DNA of 64,000 bases from Octopus vulgaris (GCA_951406725.2 OX597817.1:109182001-109246000), one strand, 5' to 3'; positions 26,594 to 40,849 are shown, counted from the stretch's first letter. The notes: generated by a model not told the origin, from the sequence alone. Program-made: numbers and translations.

Positions 26594-27107
26594 TTACATG
26601 ATATATTAACTACCTACATATATGCATACATAAATACGTGTGTGTGTATGTGTGTGTGTGTGTGTGTGTGTGGTTGTGTGTTCACGTGTTAGTGCGTTCA
26701 GAAATAATTACTCAGCATTTCTCAACTCTTGAACGAAAGCGCAATTTTTGAAACACGAACATATTTTAAATTTTCAGTGAGAACCTCTCTACAGTTCTGC
26801 TTGTATGAAGGATCCCCACTGTTTCGAAATGTTATATACATCGCGTGGCTGTTGGCGAATATAATGTAAACATAACCGACGCATTATGTTTGGTTAAGAT
26901 AATAGACATAAACTGAGCGATAATGAAATTTTTGTTTAAATGGCGCATAATGGCATATAAAAATAGCCAAAAAAGTTATTATTAATGCAGTAACAGCTTT
27001 GGCCAAAATCATGTTGTACTTTTGGAAACAGAAATAAACAACGTTTGGTATTAAGACAAGCATGATAGGGAAATAATATTTGCTAAAGGAATGCCAGTTT
27101 TTATACT

Positions 27108-27540
27108 CTTTTCTACAGTAGGCACAAGGCCCGAAATTTTCGGAGAGCGGGGGCCAGTCGATTTGATTGACTCCAGTACGCAACTGGTACTTAATTTATC
27201 GATCCTGCAAGGATGAAAGGTAAAGGCGACGTCGCCGGGATTTGAACTCAGAAGGTAAGGACAGACGAAATACTGCTAACCATTTTGCTCGGCGTGCTAA
27301 CGTTTCATATTTCTTTATTGCCCACAAGGGGCTAAACATAGAGGGGACAAACAAGGACAGACACACGGATTAAGTTGATTACATCGACCCCAGTGCGTAA
27401 CTGGTACTTATTTAATCGACCCCGAAAGGATGAAAGGCAAAGTCGACCTCGGCGGAATTTGAACTCAGAACGTAACAGCAGACGAAATACCGCTAGGCAT
27501 TTCGCCCGGCGTGCTAACGTTTCTGCCAGCTAGCCACCTT
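27108..27540 (-). mobile_element. Two tandem or nested SINE family A copies
   Basis: Copies at 27108-27306 and 27311-27540, each with GAAAGG.AAAG.CGAC....CGG.ATTTGAACTCAGAA and GGCGTGCTAACGTTTC. The tRNA-like head is at the right end. Confidence 0.85.
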
Positions 27541-28581
27541 TTTAGTTTTTATATTCGCTTGAGAAATTGTGTTACTCGGAATAAATAAAAGAGAAAAGAG
27601 AAACAGAGGCAGAGAATCAGAAATACAGAGAGAGAAGTGAGAAGGTTAACAAAAAGTAATTAATCTGGCGTCGATATATGATACGTTTTTGTGAATATGT
27701 AGTCATCTAAATTCAGTGGGCGATATTTCGAATATCTACACTTGTTTCACATACATATGTATCTATCTTTACATATGTCATTCACTAAATTCAAATCTAT
27801 TTCTTAGTGCATTTTTGTCGATGTTTCTTTCTATGGCAATTAGCTGTTTTTATTTTGCCAAAGGAATCGTATGTTCTTGTAAAACGATTCAATATCAATT
27901 CTAGTGCGTATTTCTAATGCTGTACAATATCACTTATCTGATAGATGTTCAATGAAAGATTTTAATGACAGACATTTATACCAGTTTAACTTTCGAAGCT
28001 CTGATTTACCTCCTCCACATTATGCTTTCTAACACATGAGCGTCTGTTTTTGTTTTTTGCCTTGATACCTTTCTAAATGTTTGGAATATAGATACTTACT
28101 TGCAGACGTAACTGCATATCTCGTCAGAGCAATGTATATGATGCTTACACGCATACCTATATCCATTGCTGAATTATATCTACCCACTTACTCTGATATC
28201 ATCTTACATGCTTCTATACATCATGACAAGAAGGACATTCCAAACTTTTTGGCAAAGATAAGTCTCCTCAATTTCTCATCGAGTACTCAGTTAAACGTAT
28301 TTATTTCTGTCTTCCTGTTATATTTACTCTTTCCTGCGCATATACACCATTTATATTTAAATTAAAATATTAGGTTTTCTATAATAGATATTTCAGTCGT
28401 ACAAAATCTTTAGCTTAAACCTGGCGTAGAGGCGAGGTGTTTATTAAGAATTCTGTACTTCAATCACGTTTACAAGATTTATTCCACTGTGGGGGACATT
28501 GGATAATTACGACCTAACCCTTCACTTTGACCAAGATTTGTCATGATTACGAGTAGATAAACTGCATCTCTACAGAATGTC

Positions 28582-28650
<69 letters not shown>

Positions 28651-28654
<4 letters not shown>

Positions 28655-29078
28655 GACGGTGCGAGAAAATGTTTGAATATTAATTATTGTTGAGAAGACA
28701 TAAAATACAGAGGGAAGTAAGAGAAGGAATATAAAAGTGAGATACATAAGGATATTGTATTTGCAATTTCGTTATTCAAGAAGAATGGTGTATATAAGTG
28801 GTGAAAACTTTTGGGGCTGAAGAAATTGGACTTCACATATCAGGTACTCTTTACTCATTTACTCTTTTACTTGTTTCAGTCATTTGACTGTGGCCATGCT
28901 GGAGCCCCGCCTTTTAGTCGAGCAAATCGACCCCAGGACTTATTCTTTGTAAGCCTAGTACTTATTCTATCGGTCTCTTTTGCCGAACCGCTAAGTTACC
29001 GGGACGCAAATACGCCACCATCGGTTGTCAAGCAATGTTGGGTGGGGCAAACACAGAAACACAAACATATACACACAA

Positions 29079-29111
<33 letters not shown>

Positions 29112-29477
29112 CATATAGACGACGGGCTTCTTTCAGTTTCCGTCTACCAAATCCACTCACAATGCTTTGGCCGGCCTTAGGCTATAGTAGAAGATACTTG
29201 CCCAAAGTGCCACGCAGTGGGACTGAAACCAGGACCATGTGGTTCGTAAGCAAGCTACTTACCACATAGCCATTCCTACGCCTATTGAAATTTAAGCCAC
29301 CAGTGAGAAAATTTCTACACCAAAAAAGTTTTCACCACTTATATACACCATTCTACTTGAATAATGGAACTGCAAATACTCTGTATCTCACTTCTATATT
29401 CATTTTCTTACTTCCCTCTATATTTCATATCTTCTCTACAATAATTAATACTCAAACATTTTCTCGCACCGTCTCTG
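28651..29477. repeat. Inverted repeat (~175-bp arms) of a PLE-LTR-like sequence enclosing a SINE
   Basis: 28651-28827 (CAGAGACGGTGCGAGAAAATGTTTGA...) is the reverse complement of 29310-29477 (...TCAAACATTTTCTCGCACCGTCTCTG). Confidence 0.88.
28852..29284 (-). mobile_element. tRNA-derived SINE family B, full length
   Basis: Minus strand reads GGCGTAGGAATGGCTATGTGGTAAGTAGCTTG...GGTTTCAGTCCCACTGCGTGGCAC.., with an internal TA/TG tract and tail ..CAGTCAAATGACTGAAAC. Matches 52980-53400. Confidence 0.85.
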
Positions 29478-29518
29478 ATGAAGGGATGTATAAAATATTT
29501 CGGAAACAGCTCTAATAC
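29471..29518 (+). ncRNA. Hammerhead-like motif, partly decayed
   Basis: GTCT-CTGATGA-AGGGATGT..ATATTTCG-GAAA-CAGCT-CTA-ATAC. The core boxes are intact; stem I and stem III (normally ACAGCTGT) each have a mismatch. Confidence 0.6.
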
Positions 29519-29699
29519 CTTCTCTTGATAAATGCTATAAAATCTATTTACTGCCTTGGTATTTTTATCTCATTCCCTCAATTTATATATATGCATGCTA
29601 ATACATGAGCCACGTTGGACTCCTCACTGTAATGTGAATCGTGTATGGGATGTATGGGGGTTAGTGGTATTAATTGAATGGTTAGTAGTGTTCTGTATT

Positions 29700-30672
29700 A
29701 TGATATGTCACTTTGAATCATAGTGCCTGGGGACTCATTTGACAAGGAGATCTCGACCCTAAACAAACTCACGCTACTGGCTCGTTTCTGTTTGATCCAA
29801 CACTCCCCGGTCCCCATTCTTTTACAAAAGCTCGACGATGATGGGGTAAGGATGGTGGGATCAGGTTTTGGTGAAAGTAGAAGCTCATAGTCCGGACCTA
29901 AACGTTGGCAGATGATGCAAGATGGTCACCTTCCTGGGACCTGGTGACAACTCAGGGACTCGGTCTTACATCTGCGACTAGGCAGGACTATTTGCGAAAC
30001 CGCTGCTCAGCCTCAGTGGGAAAGGTTCTAGAAAAGGTGGGCTAAATATTGGATGTGTCCACAGAATCCTGACTGTTAAGCCGCATTCAGCGTGGCACCC
30101 ATTCAAGCGGTCAAGCAACAACAGAAATTAAATAAAATCAATTAGATTAACCGTTGGAACATGGAACGTACGAACATTCCACGATCCTCAAGACACAAAC
30201 AGGAGAGAACGTAGAACAGCCCTTATCTCCAAAGAACTAGCGAAAATTTAACATCGACGTCGCTGCCTCAGTGAAACACCTCAATCTGGGGAAGGAGAGA
30301 CTCAAGAGATAGTTTCGAGCTATACCTTCTTCTGGAAAGAGAAAGGAGAAAGAATTCTTACGGGGTCGCTTTTGCTGTAAAATCCAAGCTTCTGAAGGAA
30401 CATCATCTGAAACCTTCGGCCATCAATGAACAGCTTATGACTCTCTGAATACCAATCTCTGCTACCACCTTTATGACACTGATTTCTGCTTACGCACCTA
30501 CACTTGTTGGTAATGACAATGTGAAAACACCTTCTACCAACAGCTGAGTGACCTGATCCTCGATGTAACACCAAATGACAAGCTCCTCTTCCTCGGAGAT
30601 GTCAATACAAAATCGGGGAAGGAGAACAGACATAGAAGAATGTTATTAACGAAGAAGGAGTCGGAAACTGTT

Positions 30673-30743
<71 letters not shown>

Positions 30744-30913
30744 GTGTGTGTCAATGCGAGTTTCAACAACTCTTGTTCCTTGAGCTGTGAACGGAACACT
30801 CTGTCTTCATCACCAACACCCAATTTCAAGACCACCTGGAACCACCCCAGGTCGAAACACTGTCTCCTCTTAGACTGTTCCATCATCCGGCAACGAGACA
30901 TAAGAAACGTCCT

Positions 30914-30916
<3 letters not shown>
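29700..30916 (+). mobile_element. RTE (BovB-like) LINE 5' region with APE endonuclease, 3'-truncated
   Basis: GTWNVRT (~30156), RRTALISKEL, NIDVAA, YTFFWK, GVAFAV, LISAYAPT (~30480), LLFLGDVN (~30590), TTWNHPRSKH. Frameshifted, split by (GATA)n at 30673-30742, and ends at (CA)n. Confidence 0.88.
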
Positions 30917-30971
<55 letters not shown>

Positions 30972-31210
30972 GTTTAATGTTTTCATTATGTTTTAAATAT
31001 GATAAATTTCTTTGTACGACCTTCATTGAAAATATTCTCCCTTCTAGTTATTAACGAAATTGATTTAGCTAAATTAAATTAAATTTGCTTGATTTTATAC
31101 TGCAAGTAGTAAATTGAACCACTTGTAGGTTTGGTCTTGTCAATGTATTAATAATGTTTTATTAATCCTATCTCCATTCTCTCTTTCTTTCTCTCTCTCT
31201 CTCTCTCTCT

Positions 31211-31275
<65 letters not shown>

Positions 31276-31311
31276 GCCTGCAGACAGAGATAGATATAGA
31301 GATAGATAGAT

Positions 31312-31363
<52 letters not shown>

Positions 31364-31422
31364 GCCTGCATACAGAGATAGATATAGAGATAGATAGATA
31401 GATAGTTAGATAGATAGATAGT

Positions 31423-31566
<144 letters not shown>

Positions 31567-33249
31567 AAGTTAGATGTGTGTGTCTATGCGGGTTTCAACA
31601 TACATACATATGTATATCGCACAATTATTAGAAAGGGATAATTTATAAACTTTAAACACAACTTGCTCATATCTAATGAGAATACACGGGTGTATCTAAA
31701 TTGTTCGCAGGCGACTTAAAATGGAAAGATTTCGTGTAACATATAATTATACTTTGAAAGTACTTCATTTTTCTATACGTTTTCATACTACCCCTCGCTA
31801 GTCTCATTGACTTATATTCCAAATCTGGTCTTGCTGCTTCAAGCTTTGATTGAAACGTAAGGATTCTTTATTTTTCTGAATATGCCAACTTTCTACCAAT
31901 TTTCCAACATAAAATCATCTTTGGTCACTTCTTCCAGTTACTCCACAAATCACATTTCTTTTTCTTAAGCGAGATAATGACAATTCCTCATAGTAACTGA
32001 AGACATAACTTTTGTTAATGCACGCCATATATCATTTTAATAAGAATGCTTAGTCTTTTCTTCACGAATATTGCTTCCGTTGAAGGCTTAAATAAGCAGC
32101 CAGTGTTATGTATAATGGCTTGGATGAATCTTATCATTTGTTTCACGAAAATTTAATTACAAGGAGCTACAACATAATGTTCGAGGCAAATTCTGTGGAA
32201 TATTTACTAAATTAAAATACCTTGTATGTTACTTGTAAAATTTAGATCGTTTATAAAAATATTCATTTGAAACTCTGACAGAAAATATATCATTGTTTAT
32301 TACAAGTTCTTAAAATTGGCGTTTAACTCTCGTCAATATTACAGATTTAAGATCAAATACACTGAACCAATATTGCCCAACGTGTCATTTTGGTTTATAT
32401 AAATTTGCCTATTGTAAAGCCCATAGAGGGACTGCGTGATACGTTCCTCTTTAATTCGTGTTTTCCTGTTTTATATTCTGCATATAAATGTATTACCTAC
32501 ATAGAACTAATTTAAAGATGCAACTTAAATATTGATGAGAGTCGTAGAACAACAATGAGAACAACAGTCATTAATAAAAATAACCAGACTTGTCTCTGCA
32601 TATGGCTGCCATAGTGTAATATATATAAACTGATAAATATAGACGTTTCTACGTATATTGAGAGAATGTAATAGTTGAACATGATCTAGCAAGTTCGATA
32701 CCATACGATCAATGTCGTCATGCTTGGGAAGTTCTTGTTGATCCTGGACAGGCAAGGTCGAGACAATTAATTGTGTGAATGCTACAATTCATCTTCGAAG
32801 TACATTCAGTTTCAACACAAATCATCCGCACAGACAAGAATGACAACAAATGTAAAAACCACCACGATATAAACGTCACTACAGTGATTGCTATATTTGT
32901 CATTTCAATTGGTATACTAATTTTATCATTTTATATTAGAGTTTCATATTCTATTTGATTAATCGTCCTGTTCCAGTTGTCTGCTTACTTCACTTATGAA
33001 AACTGAAAAGTATTAGATAATTTTTTTTTTTTCATATTTTGTTTAAACAGTAAACTATCTCCAACGCAAGACTGTTCATTTGACCAAAGTTTATTTATGC
33101 TATGAGAGCACATTTTAATATATTTTTATTCGGCAAAGTAATGATAAATGTTTCTTCTGTTTCTCGTCTCTCCCCATATGCATATATGTGTGTGTATGTC
33201 TGTGTATGTGAGTGTGTATGTGTATGTTTCTATATATATACATATACTG

Positions 33250-33583
33250 ACTGAGACACCCTTCGGTCATGACTGACCATGGGATTGCACCTAGAAAATT
33301 ATTCTCCCAGGCACAAGTCCGGGCAACGTTGTTTATGGAAGACCAGCAGTTGCCCATGCATACCGGCCTCCCCTCTCCACGCCACCAGAATTATCCAAGG
33401 GAAAGGCAAAGGTTGATACAGCTTGGCACCTGTGGCGTCGCAACTCATTTCTACAGCTGAGTGAAATTGAGCAACGTAAAATAAAGTTTCTTGCTCAAGA
33501 ACACAACACACAGCCCGGTCCAGGATTCGAACTCACAACCTCACGATCGTAAGCTCAACGCTCTAACCACTGAGGCATGCGCC

Positions 33584-33586
<3 letters not shown>
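33250..33586 (-). mobile_element. tRNA-derived SINE family C
   Basis: Minus head GGCGCATGCCTCAGTGGTTAGAGCG...GAGTTCGAATCC (A and B boxes), then GTGTTGTGTTCTTGAGCAAG core. Closely similar to 59034-59370. Confidence 0.88.
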
Positions 33587-33626
<40 letters not shown>

Positions 33627-33989
33627 TGTAATTTTGCATTAACAATACTATGCAAAATTCTACAACTCTCCCTATTAGCGTGTTAAATGCAATTATCAGG
33701 TAGGAGTTTAAGTCTGTCAGTTTAGTTTGGCTAGCTGTGACACGCAACACTTAGCACCTTAAACTTCGTAAATATGGACTGATGATACAGAGCGTCAGGT
33801 GTCCACACATATGAATATTAGGGATGTTTTATACTCAATGAGTATTTCTTCCAATTACAATGATATAACAAAGGGAAAACGCCGGTTATGTTGTGAATTT
33901 CATTAGCTTACAGCTATCCCTTCACACACACACACACACATACGCACACACTCACACACACACACACATATATATATATATGCGTATAT

Positions 33990-34190
33990 GTGTGTGCGAT
34001 AAGAAGTTTGCTACCCAACCACATGGTTTCAGTTTCATTCTCAGCGCAGCCTTGAGAAAGTGTCACCTACTATAACCCCCGGATAACAAAGCTTTGTGAG
34101 TATATTTGGTTGCCGAAAACGGCAAAATTCTGTCGTATATATATGTGTGTGTGTGTGAATCTTTTTGTACTTCTCCCCCAGCTTGGCCGC
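33990..34190 (+). mobile_element. SINE family B, degenerate copy
   Basis: AAGAAGTTTGCT.CCCAACCACATGGTT...CTACTATA...AAAGCTTTGTGAGT. Confidence 0.6.
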
Positions 34191-35164
34191 TTGATTTCGC
34201 GATCTTATTTATTTAGATTTAGATGTGATTTGGAGTGAGGGAGAGAGAGAGAGAGAGAGAGGGGAGAGAGGGAGAGAGAGGGGAGAGAGAGAGAGAGAGA
34301 AAGAAAGATAGACTTAGAACTAGTTCCTCTAAGTGTATCTAATTCAAACGGATCTGTGGATTTCTTTTACAGGCTTCAGTTGCAAGTAAGCAAGAGTCTG
34401 TATATGAATCCGATTTCGAAACTGCTTTTCAATTGCCAATTGTTGGTGATTCTTTTACAGTTTAGATAATCCATCATTACTTTATAGAAACCGCTCAGTT
34501 GCCAGAAAATATTAGATACTCATTGTTTTAACATTTAAGTGAAATATATCCTATGTTGGTTAGTAGAGGAGTGTGAAAATACACATGGAATCTTGTTACT
34601 TGTTAAAGGTATTATGTATATGAATGTCTATGCATATCTTTTAGTATTTCGTTATAGCAGACATAACTAAATAAAAAATAATACAAATAGCTAATATCTC
34701 CACTATAGAATACTTAACTGCTTTTGCACCTTTATATATTTGCAAGTGAATGTATATGCGAGTGTGTGTATGTGTGCGAAGTAGCAGCACATACACATGT
34801 AATATTATGACACCCTGAAACTGACAATGCACATTTTTATTCGTCTTATTTTCATTTGTGTAACTTATTCAGCAGCAATGATTTACGACCAATTTTCAGA
34901 AGTATAATAAAACGATATTATCATTAGTGCCTATGTGAAGTAGATAAACTGGTGTGGTGAATTTGAAATATGTATATATATTTGTTTACGTGGTATAATA
35001 GAGATTCATTCGAATACACTCTATATAAATGCATATAGGTAGATGTTTCTATTATTACTTTCTCATTTAGCTCGCGTTGAGATGGTAGTGTACCCCTAAA
35101 TCTATATTTTAAGCTGTATTTTGCGATGTATAAACTATGCCGGTGAACGAAGCGGGAGCGTATA

Positions 35165-35234
<70 letters not shown>

Positions 35235-35439
35235 CGAAAGAATTTAACTCGCCGAGATAAGGACGTAAATCATTACAAGAATGTTGAATGTCAATGCACA
35301 ATTAACATTAGAAATTGAGCTATATATTCATGATACTTTTGTACCCATTGATAAATTTATTCGAAATGGATAGTACAAAACGTAGAGTTCAACTCTTCAA
35401 CTTAATAGGTCGTCTAAGATACTCTTTCTCATCGCATCC

Positions 35440-35700
35440 AATAACTTTGAAAGAGTGTAGGATATTGGCGTCCAAAGATAACGTGTACGAGTAAATATGT
35501 CAAAATATATTTGTAAACTTGCTGCCCAAATCTGTGACTATTGTTGCGAAATAGGCACTTTCCGAGATAGCAGAATGTTCAGGATTTTCTTAAGCCCATA
35601 TTTCATGCTGATTTTTTATCTACCTCCATGGGGATCTGTATTAGCACGGAATAAAACCTGTAGACATTTCGGAACCTCAGAAGTCGTATTATTTGTGCGT
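35440..35700 (-). pseudogene. Possible Tc1/mariner-superfamily transposase remnant
   Basis: Minus strand encodes HEIWA*ENPEH followed by a VTxWAA-like segment, resembling the NKQNxRxWxxENP...KVTVW motif. Heavily decayed. Confidence 0.3.
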
Positions 35701-36436
35701 ACATGTAGATAATGAATACTCAACTTTGGTACCATGCAGTACGACTGATACAGCAAGCAATACCAGGATCTTATATTTTTTGATATGATCTCATATATAT
35801 ATTCTCCGCTTTGCTCTAGGGCATAGAGAATTCGGTTTCCTCAGTCCCTTCCAATAGCTAAACTGCTGCATAGAGGCAAACTTTTGACTGTAGCATTAGT
35901 TTAGACACACTTCAAATACTATAGGTAGTTTGACAGAATGTGGTAACCACATAGCTACATACCAAACACCAAAGCACAACATCTTTAGCAAAATTTGTCA
36001 TGCATTCCAAAAAGTGTGTGTCATCTGTATGTTTGTCAGAGAGAAAGATGAGAAACGGCAGCGTCCATGACCCAGCATATTTTTGCAGAATACTTTCACT
36101 ACTAAAATGCTTTGCGTATAAGACAGCATAAAATATAAATAAAAGTACAAGAACAGGAAAACAGAGCTCCTGTTACAATGTTTACAATGAAAGTTACACT
36201 GATTAATGCCTTACAAACATTAAGTGCTCTTGTTATAACCTACCCAAACAGCTTACATGTCATACCAAATTTTGGATAACGAGGGCAGAGGACGTACATG
36301 TGTTTCTAAACACACAAGATACACAGAAACATACGTATACCTTAAAAGTGTGTGGGTATATATATATATACATATATGTGTGTGGGTGTGGGTGGGTGTG
36401 CATGTGCGTTCGCGTGCGTGTGCGTATACGTATATA

Positions 36437-36476
<40 letters not shown>

Positions 36477-37287
36477 TAGTTAGGTGAGAGAAAGAATGAA
36501 AATACACTAAATACAATTTAAGATATTTACATTTCGCGGAAATATTTCTTTTTTCTTTAAGATCCAAACCTCTTTTGCAATTTGTAAACATTAGTCAATT
36601 ACTCTGAATCTACTATTACAGATAGATCAGTACATTTAACAAAATTTCTTCTTCTATGAATTCCATAGCAAGTAAAATTATATGTCTTGTGTGAATCATT
36701 ATCATGAAGGTGAAAAAAAAACTAGGAAACGAAATTGCTTTCTGATAATTGTTTTCAGTTTGTTTATCTTCCTCATTTCAAACAGCATATATTGCATTAA
36801 TAGTTATAATTCAAAATGTCGTTTTGTAGCTGTTAGTAGTAATATACTCACGAATTTTCGTTTACTACAATCAATGCTATTACTGCTCAATTTGACTACA
36901 TGGTTTAAACTGCGCTTAATTTCGTCTTCTGATGCACTGCACACATAATTGAAGGAAATTAGAAAAAATAGGTTGTAGCTAAAAGGTGAAATTATGTTAT
37001 GAAAGACACAATTAAATATAATTAAAGATCGCAAACCAAACTAAAAAATAAATGTACATTAAAAGCGCTGCTTTTTACTATTTCCTATTGTCTTCGTTCT
37101 CCATACATGCACAAATATTCTTATTGAATCTAAATATTCCATGATACTCTAAAGGTAACTAAATAACAATAACCGCTGTTGTGAATTCACCCAAATTGCA
37201 CAACGTATAATGTTGGTAAAAGATTTCAGTACATTTTATCTTTGCATAGCATACTTCACAGTAATGTTTCTCTCCTGCCGCTCTGTG

Positions 37288-37366
<79 letters not shown>

Positions 37367-37510
37367 GAAAATATTTTAGTTGGGAACACATATGGTTGGA
37401 TATATATAGTGAAAGACAAAAGATGAAAAAACACAGAAGATTTGTTTTACAGGATTAAGGGGGATATTAGAGTCATGATAATTGAAATTTTAATATACAC
37501 ACTTTCATAT

Positions 37511-37956
37511 GTGCAGGCATGGCTGTGTGGTTAGGAAGCTTGCTTCCCAGCTACATGCTTTCGGGTTCAGTCCCATTGTGTGGCAACTTGAGCAAGTATC
37601 TTCTGCTATAACCCCGGGGTGACCGAAGTTTGGAACTGAATTTAGTAGGCGGAAGTTAATGCCGTATGTGTACATGTGTGCCTAGGTGCTTGTGCCTCTC
37701 CAAGACAGAGGGAAAATACTACCTCGATTGGCGACAGGTAGGGGTTGGTATCAGGAAGAGCATCTGACTGTAGAAAGCTTGCCACACGTATAGTGCTGCA
37801 CATATTTATATACATTTTAATAATAAAAAAAATGCAGGCGCAGAAGTGGCTTCCTTAACGATCACATGACTTCGGGTGCAGTCCCACTATAGCCTCGGAC
37901 CGACCAAAGCCTTGTGAGTGGATTTGGTAGATGGAAACGGAAAGAAATCCGTCGTC
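37511..37956 (+). mobile_element. Two SINE family B copies (one internally deleted)
   Basis: GCAGGCATGGCTGTGTGGTTAGGAAGCTTGCTTCC...GGGTTCAGTCCCA at 37513. A second head at ~37835 is followed by CCGACCAAAGCCTTGTGAGTGGATTTGGTAG. Confidence 0.75.
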
Positions 37957-37980
37957 TTCCCTTCTATTGGACTTACCTCT

Positions 37981-38016
37981 GTTTCCGAAGAAGAGCGGCT
38001 GCTCGAAACGTTAAAC
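37981..38016 (+). ncRNA. Very compact hammerhead-like motif with variant core
   Basis: GTTT-CCGAAGA-A-GAGC-GGCT-GCTC-GAAA-CG-TTA-AAC. Related to the motif at 54692. Confidence 0.45.
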
Positions 38017-38113
38017 CATCTTTCTTTCCTTCCCTGAGCGTCTGCTAATACATTATATGTATCACGTCCTTCTGTTGTTGTTTTTTTTGTGCTTGTTCTT
38101 TCTAGGATTTATT

Positions 38114-38146
<33 letters not shown>

Positions 38147-38231
38147 TTATGTATATGTATATATGTATGTAAGTATGTATGTATGCATGTATGTATGTAA
38201 GTGTGTAAGTATGTATGTATGTATGTATGTA

Positions 38232-38677
38232 TCAGGTGCTAGAGCATAACAGACCGCACCTAGTGGTGGTGGACAAGATGCATCACATATGCTACATAAT
38301 TGATACTGTATGCCCATTTGACTCACGAATAGTGAAGAAGGAAGGCGAAAAGTAGCTAAACACGTCCCTCTGAAGTACAAAATAGCTTGGCTATGAAAAA
38401 TGAAGTTGGTGAAGATAGTGCCACTTATCGTAGGGTCTTCGAGAATAGTATCAGAAGGCATCAAGGGGATTATTAAGAAAATTAGAATAAATGCCCAGTG
38501 GAACTGTAACAAAAGGTTTGCCTCCTTGGCACGGCCAGAATAATCAGGATAGTATTAGATAGCTGAAAAGAACGGATAGCATGGTACAGTAGGCTGCAGG
38601 TAGCAATCCCGCTGCGGATGTAAGACTCTAGGAGCTCCAATAAAACCTGTGATAAAGAGAAATAATAGTAGTAGTAG
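38232..38677 (+). mobile_element. 5'-truncated R4/Dong-like RLE element 3' end
   Basis: VLEHNRPHLVVVDK..YIIDTVCPFDSRIVKKE..., IVPLIVG and KVCLLGTARIIRIVLDS*. Tail is AATAATAGTAGTAG. Confidence 0.85.
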
Positions 38678-40417
38678 ATGAAGAACCTATGAGATCCTTG
38701 ACAGCAGATTGTTGTCTGCTCTTCTGGAATTAGCTGGAGCATGTGAAATCGATTGCTATCAGAAGCGAAATGTACAAGAAGAAGAAGAAGAAGATCAACA
38801 ACAACAAAAATTATTGCCATTGTTGTTTATATTATTGGTATTGTTGTTGTTATTATTGTTACTCCTAATTTAATATTTTTCGATACAAACAAGTCCATCT
38901 ATGGAAATATCGAAATTATATGAATTAAAAGTGTAACAGAAAATGAAACAAAAAAATACCTGTCAGTGGTTAAGCTGAAGTATAATATTCAGAAAAGAAG
39001 TTGTGTTTCTCTTATAGCCTGATACCTCTGGAATAGTGACTTGTAGATTAGGACAACCGCTGTTTGAAAAGATTTCTCAGAATATATGAAACGACGGCTA
39101 AATAAAAGTCTGAAAAGAAGGACAAATTTATGAAAAACGCTTTGGGACGCTGAAGGGTTAAAATATAACTAAATTAATTGATAAAAGCATTCTACTCCGT
39201 TAGTTTTCGTTCTTCTAATTCTACCAAGACATATAATTGTATGTATATATGTGTCACCCTTCATTTATGATCATATTACCTTCATTGCAATCCACAGGAG
39301 ACAACAGTAAAATATTCCATTTTTCCTGTCTTCATTCATTATTGATGTAATTTTTTAATTGGTGAATCATCATGAGAATTATTTAGGGATGAAGCAGTGC
39401 AATTTATGTTGTTTTCTTCTTCAGTATTTCAATGTTTCAGAATAGTTTAGCAATACGTAAGCACAGATCAGCAGGAATCGAATGTTTGGACAGTTGTAGT
39501 TTCAGATAGCTTGTATAATCGTAATATTCAAATATACACTCATCACTACAAATATTTGAGCGTGCGTGCGCGTATGTGTGGGTATCGCTTGTGAGTGAGT
39601 TTCGTGTCTGTGAGTTGGTAATTAACACACTATGATATTGATCTACTAATTTGCAAAACCGAATGAAAATCAACAATTGATTTTGTTGATTTCTATCATT
39701 TGAATTTGCCAAATCATTCAAATGATAGTAAATATTACTTGAATGTAAAATATATATACATTTCCAAAGCAAATTAAATTAGACAGTGGCTGATAGCGTT
39801 ATAGAAACTTAACTAAACCATTTGAAGTATATTTTTGAAAACTATTGATATTGGTTGATCTGAAAGGAAGACTTGTACATAGCAGCCGTGTAGCTTTTAC
39901 TCACCTCCTCATTAAAACTTAGAAGTAAGAACTGATATCAGCAATCCTAATTTACTTCAAAATCACGAAGTTATAATTATACCATGTATTATGTATCCAC
40001 TTTCATGTGTGGTGTTTATTTACATAACAAGTGCTTCTGCGGCTAGAGTTTTTATCTGGTATATGACTCTCTGTTTTCATACACGAAATAATAATGCCAG
40101 TGCGACATTTTCAATACGATGCAGACTTTGAAGTAATAAGAATAATCGTATTGTTAGATTGACCTGCGAGAGATCACATTTCACTAGGATACCCTGGAAT
40201 AAATAATTGTTTTTTATTAAGATTTGCTGAAATACATTTGGATTTTCAATGCTCCCGAGGTTTTTTTTTTTTCGTTTTTTCATCCCTATTAAGTGCCCCA
40301 ATTTTCATCCCTATTAAGTGTTATTCAGTTATATTGAAACAATTATACCCTCCTCTAGTCAGCATTGCATTCACAAGAGATAACTGGATTTTAATAAAGC
40401 GTATATACTTTTATAAA

Positions 40418-40467
<50 letters not shown>

Positions 40468-40774
40468 TATGGGATACATGACACCTCTATTGCTTACAAA
40501 CTGTATCCTTTGAACACACTCACAAGCACACACACACACAAACACACACACACACAAGCACAAACACATATGTATTATCATAGTATATGCGATATAATAT
40601 ACTATTTCATATTATACACGTTATATAAATATATAAATAAACATACATATGCAAACATATATACATACATACACATATATACATACATATATATATATAT
40701 ATATATAAATATACACATATACGTATGCATATGTATGTATACATGCATGCATATATACTTACATGCATACATAT

Positions 40775-40849
<75 letters not shown>

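Noticed and set aside
33505-33586. tRNA-like sequence (also ~59290-59370 and the heads of SINE families A and B)
   Set aside because: A and B boxes continue directly into SINE bodies present in several copies, so these are SINE heads rather than tRNA genes.
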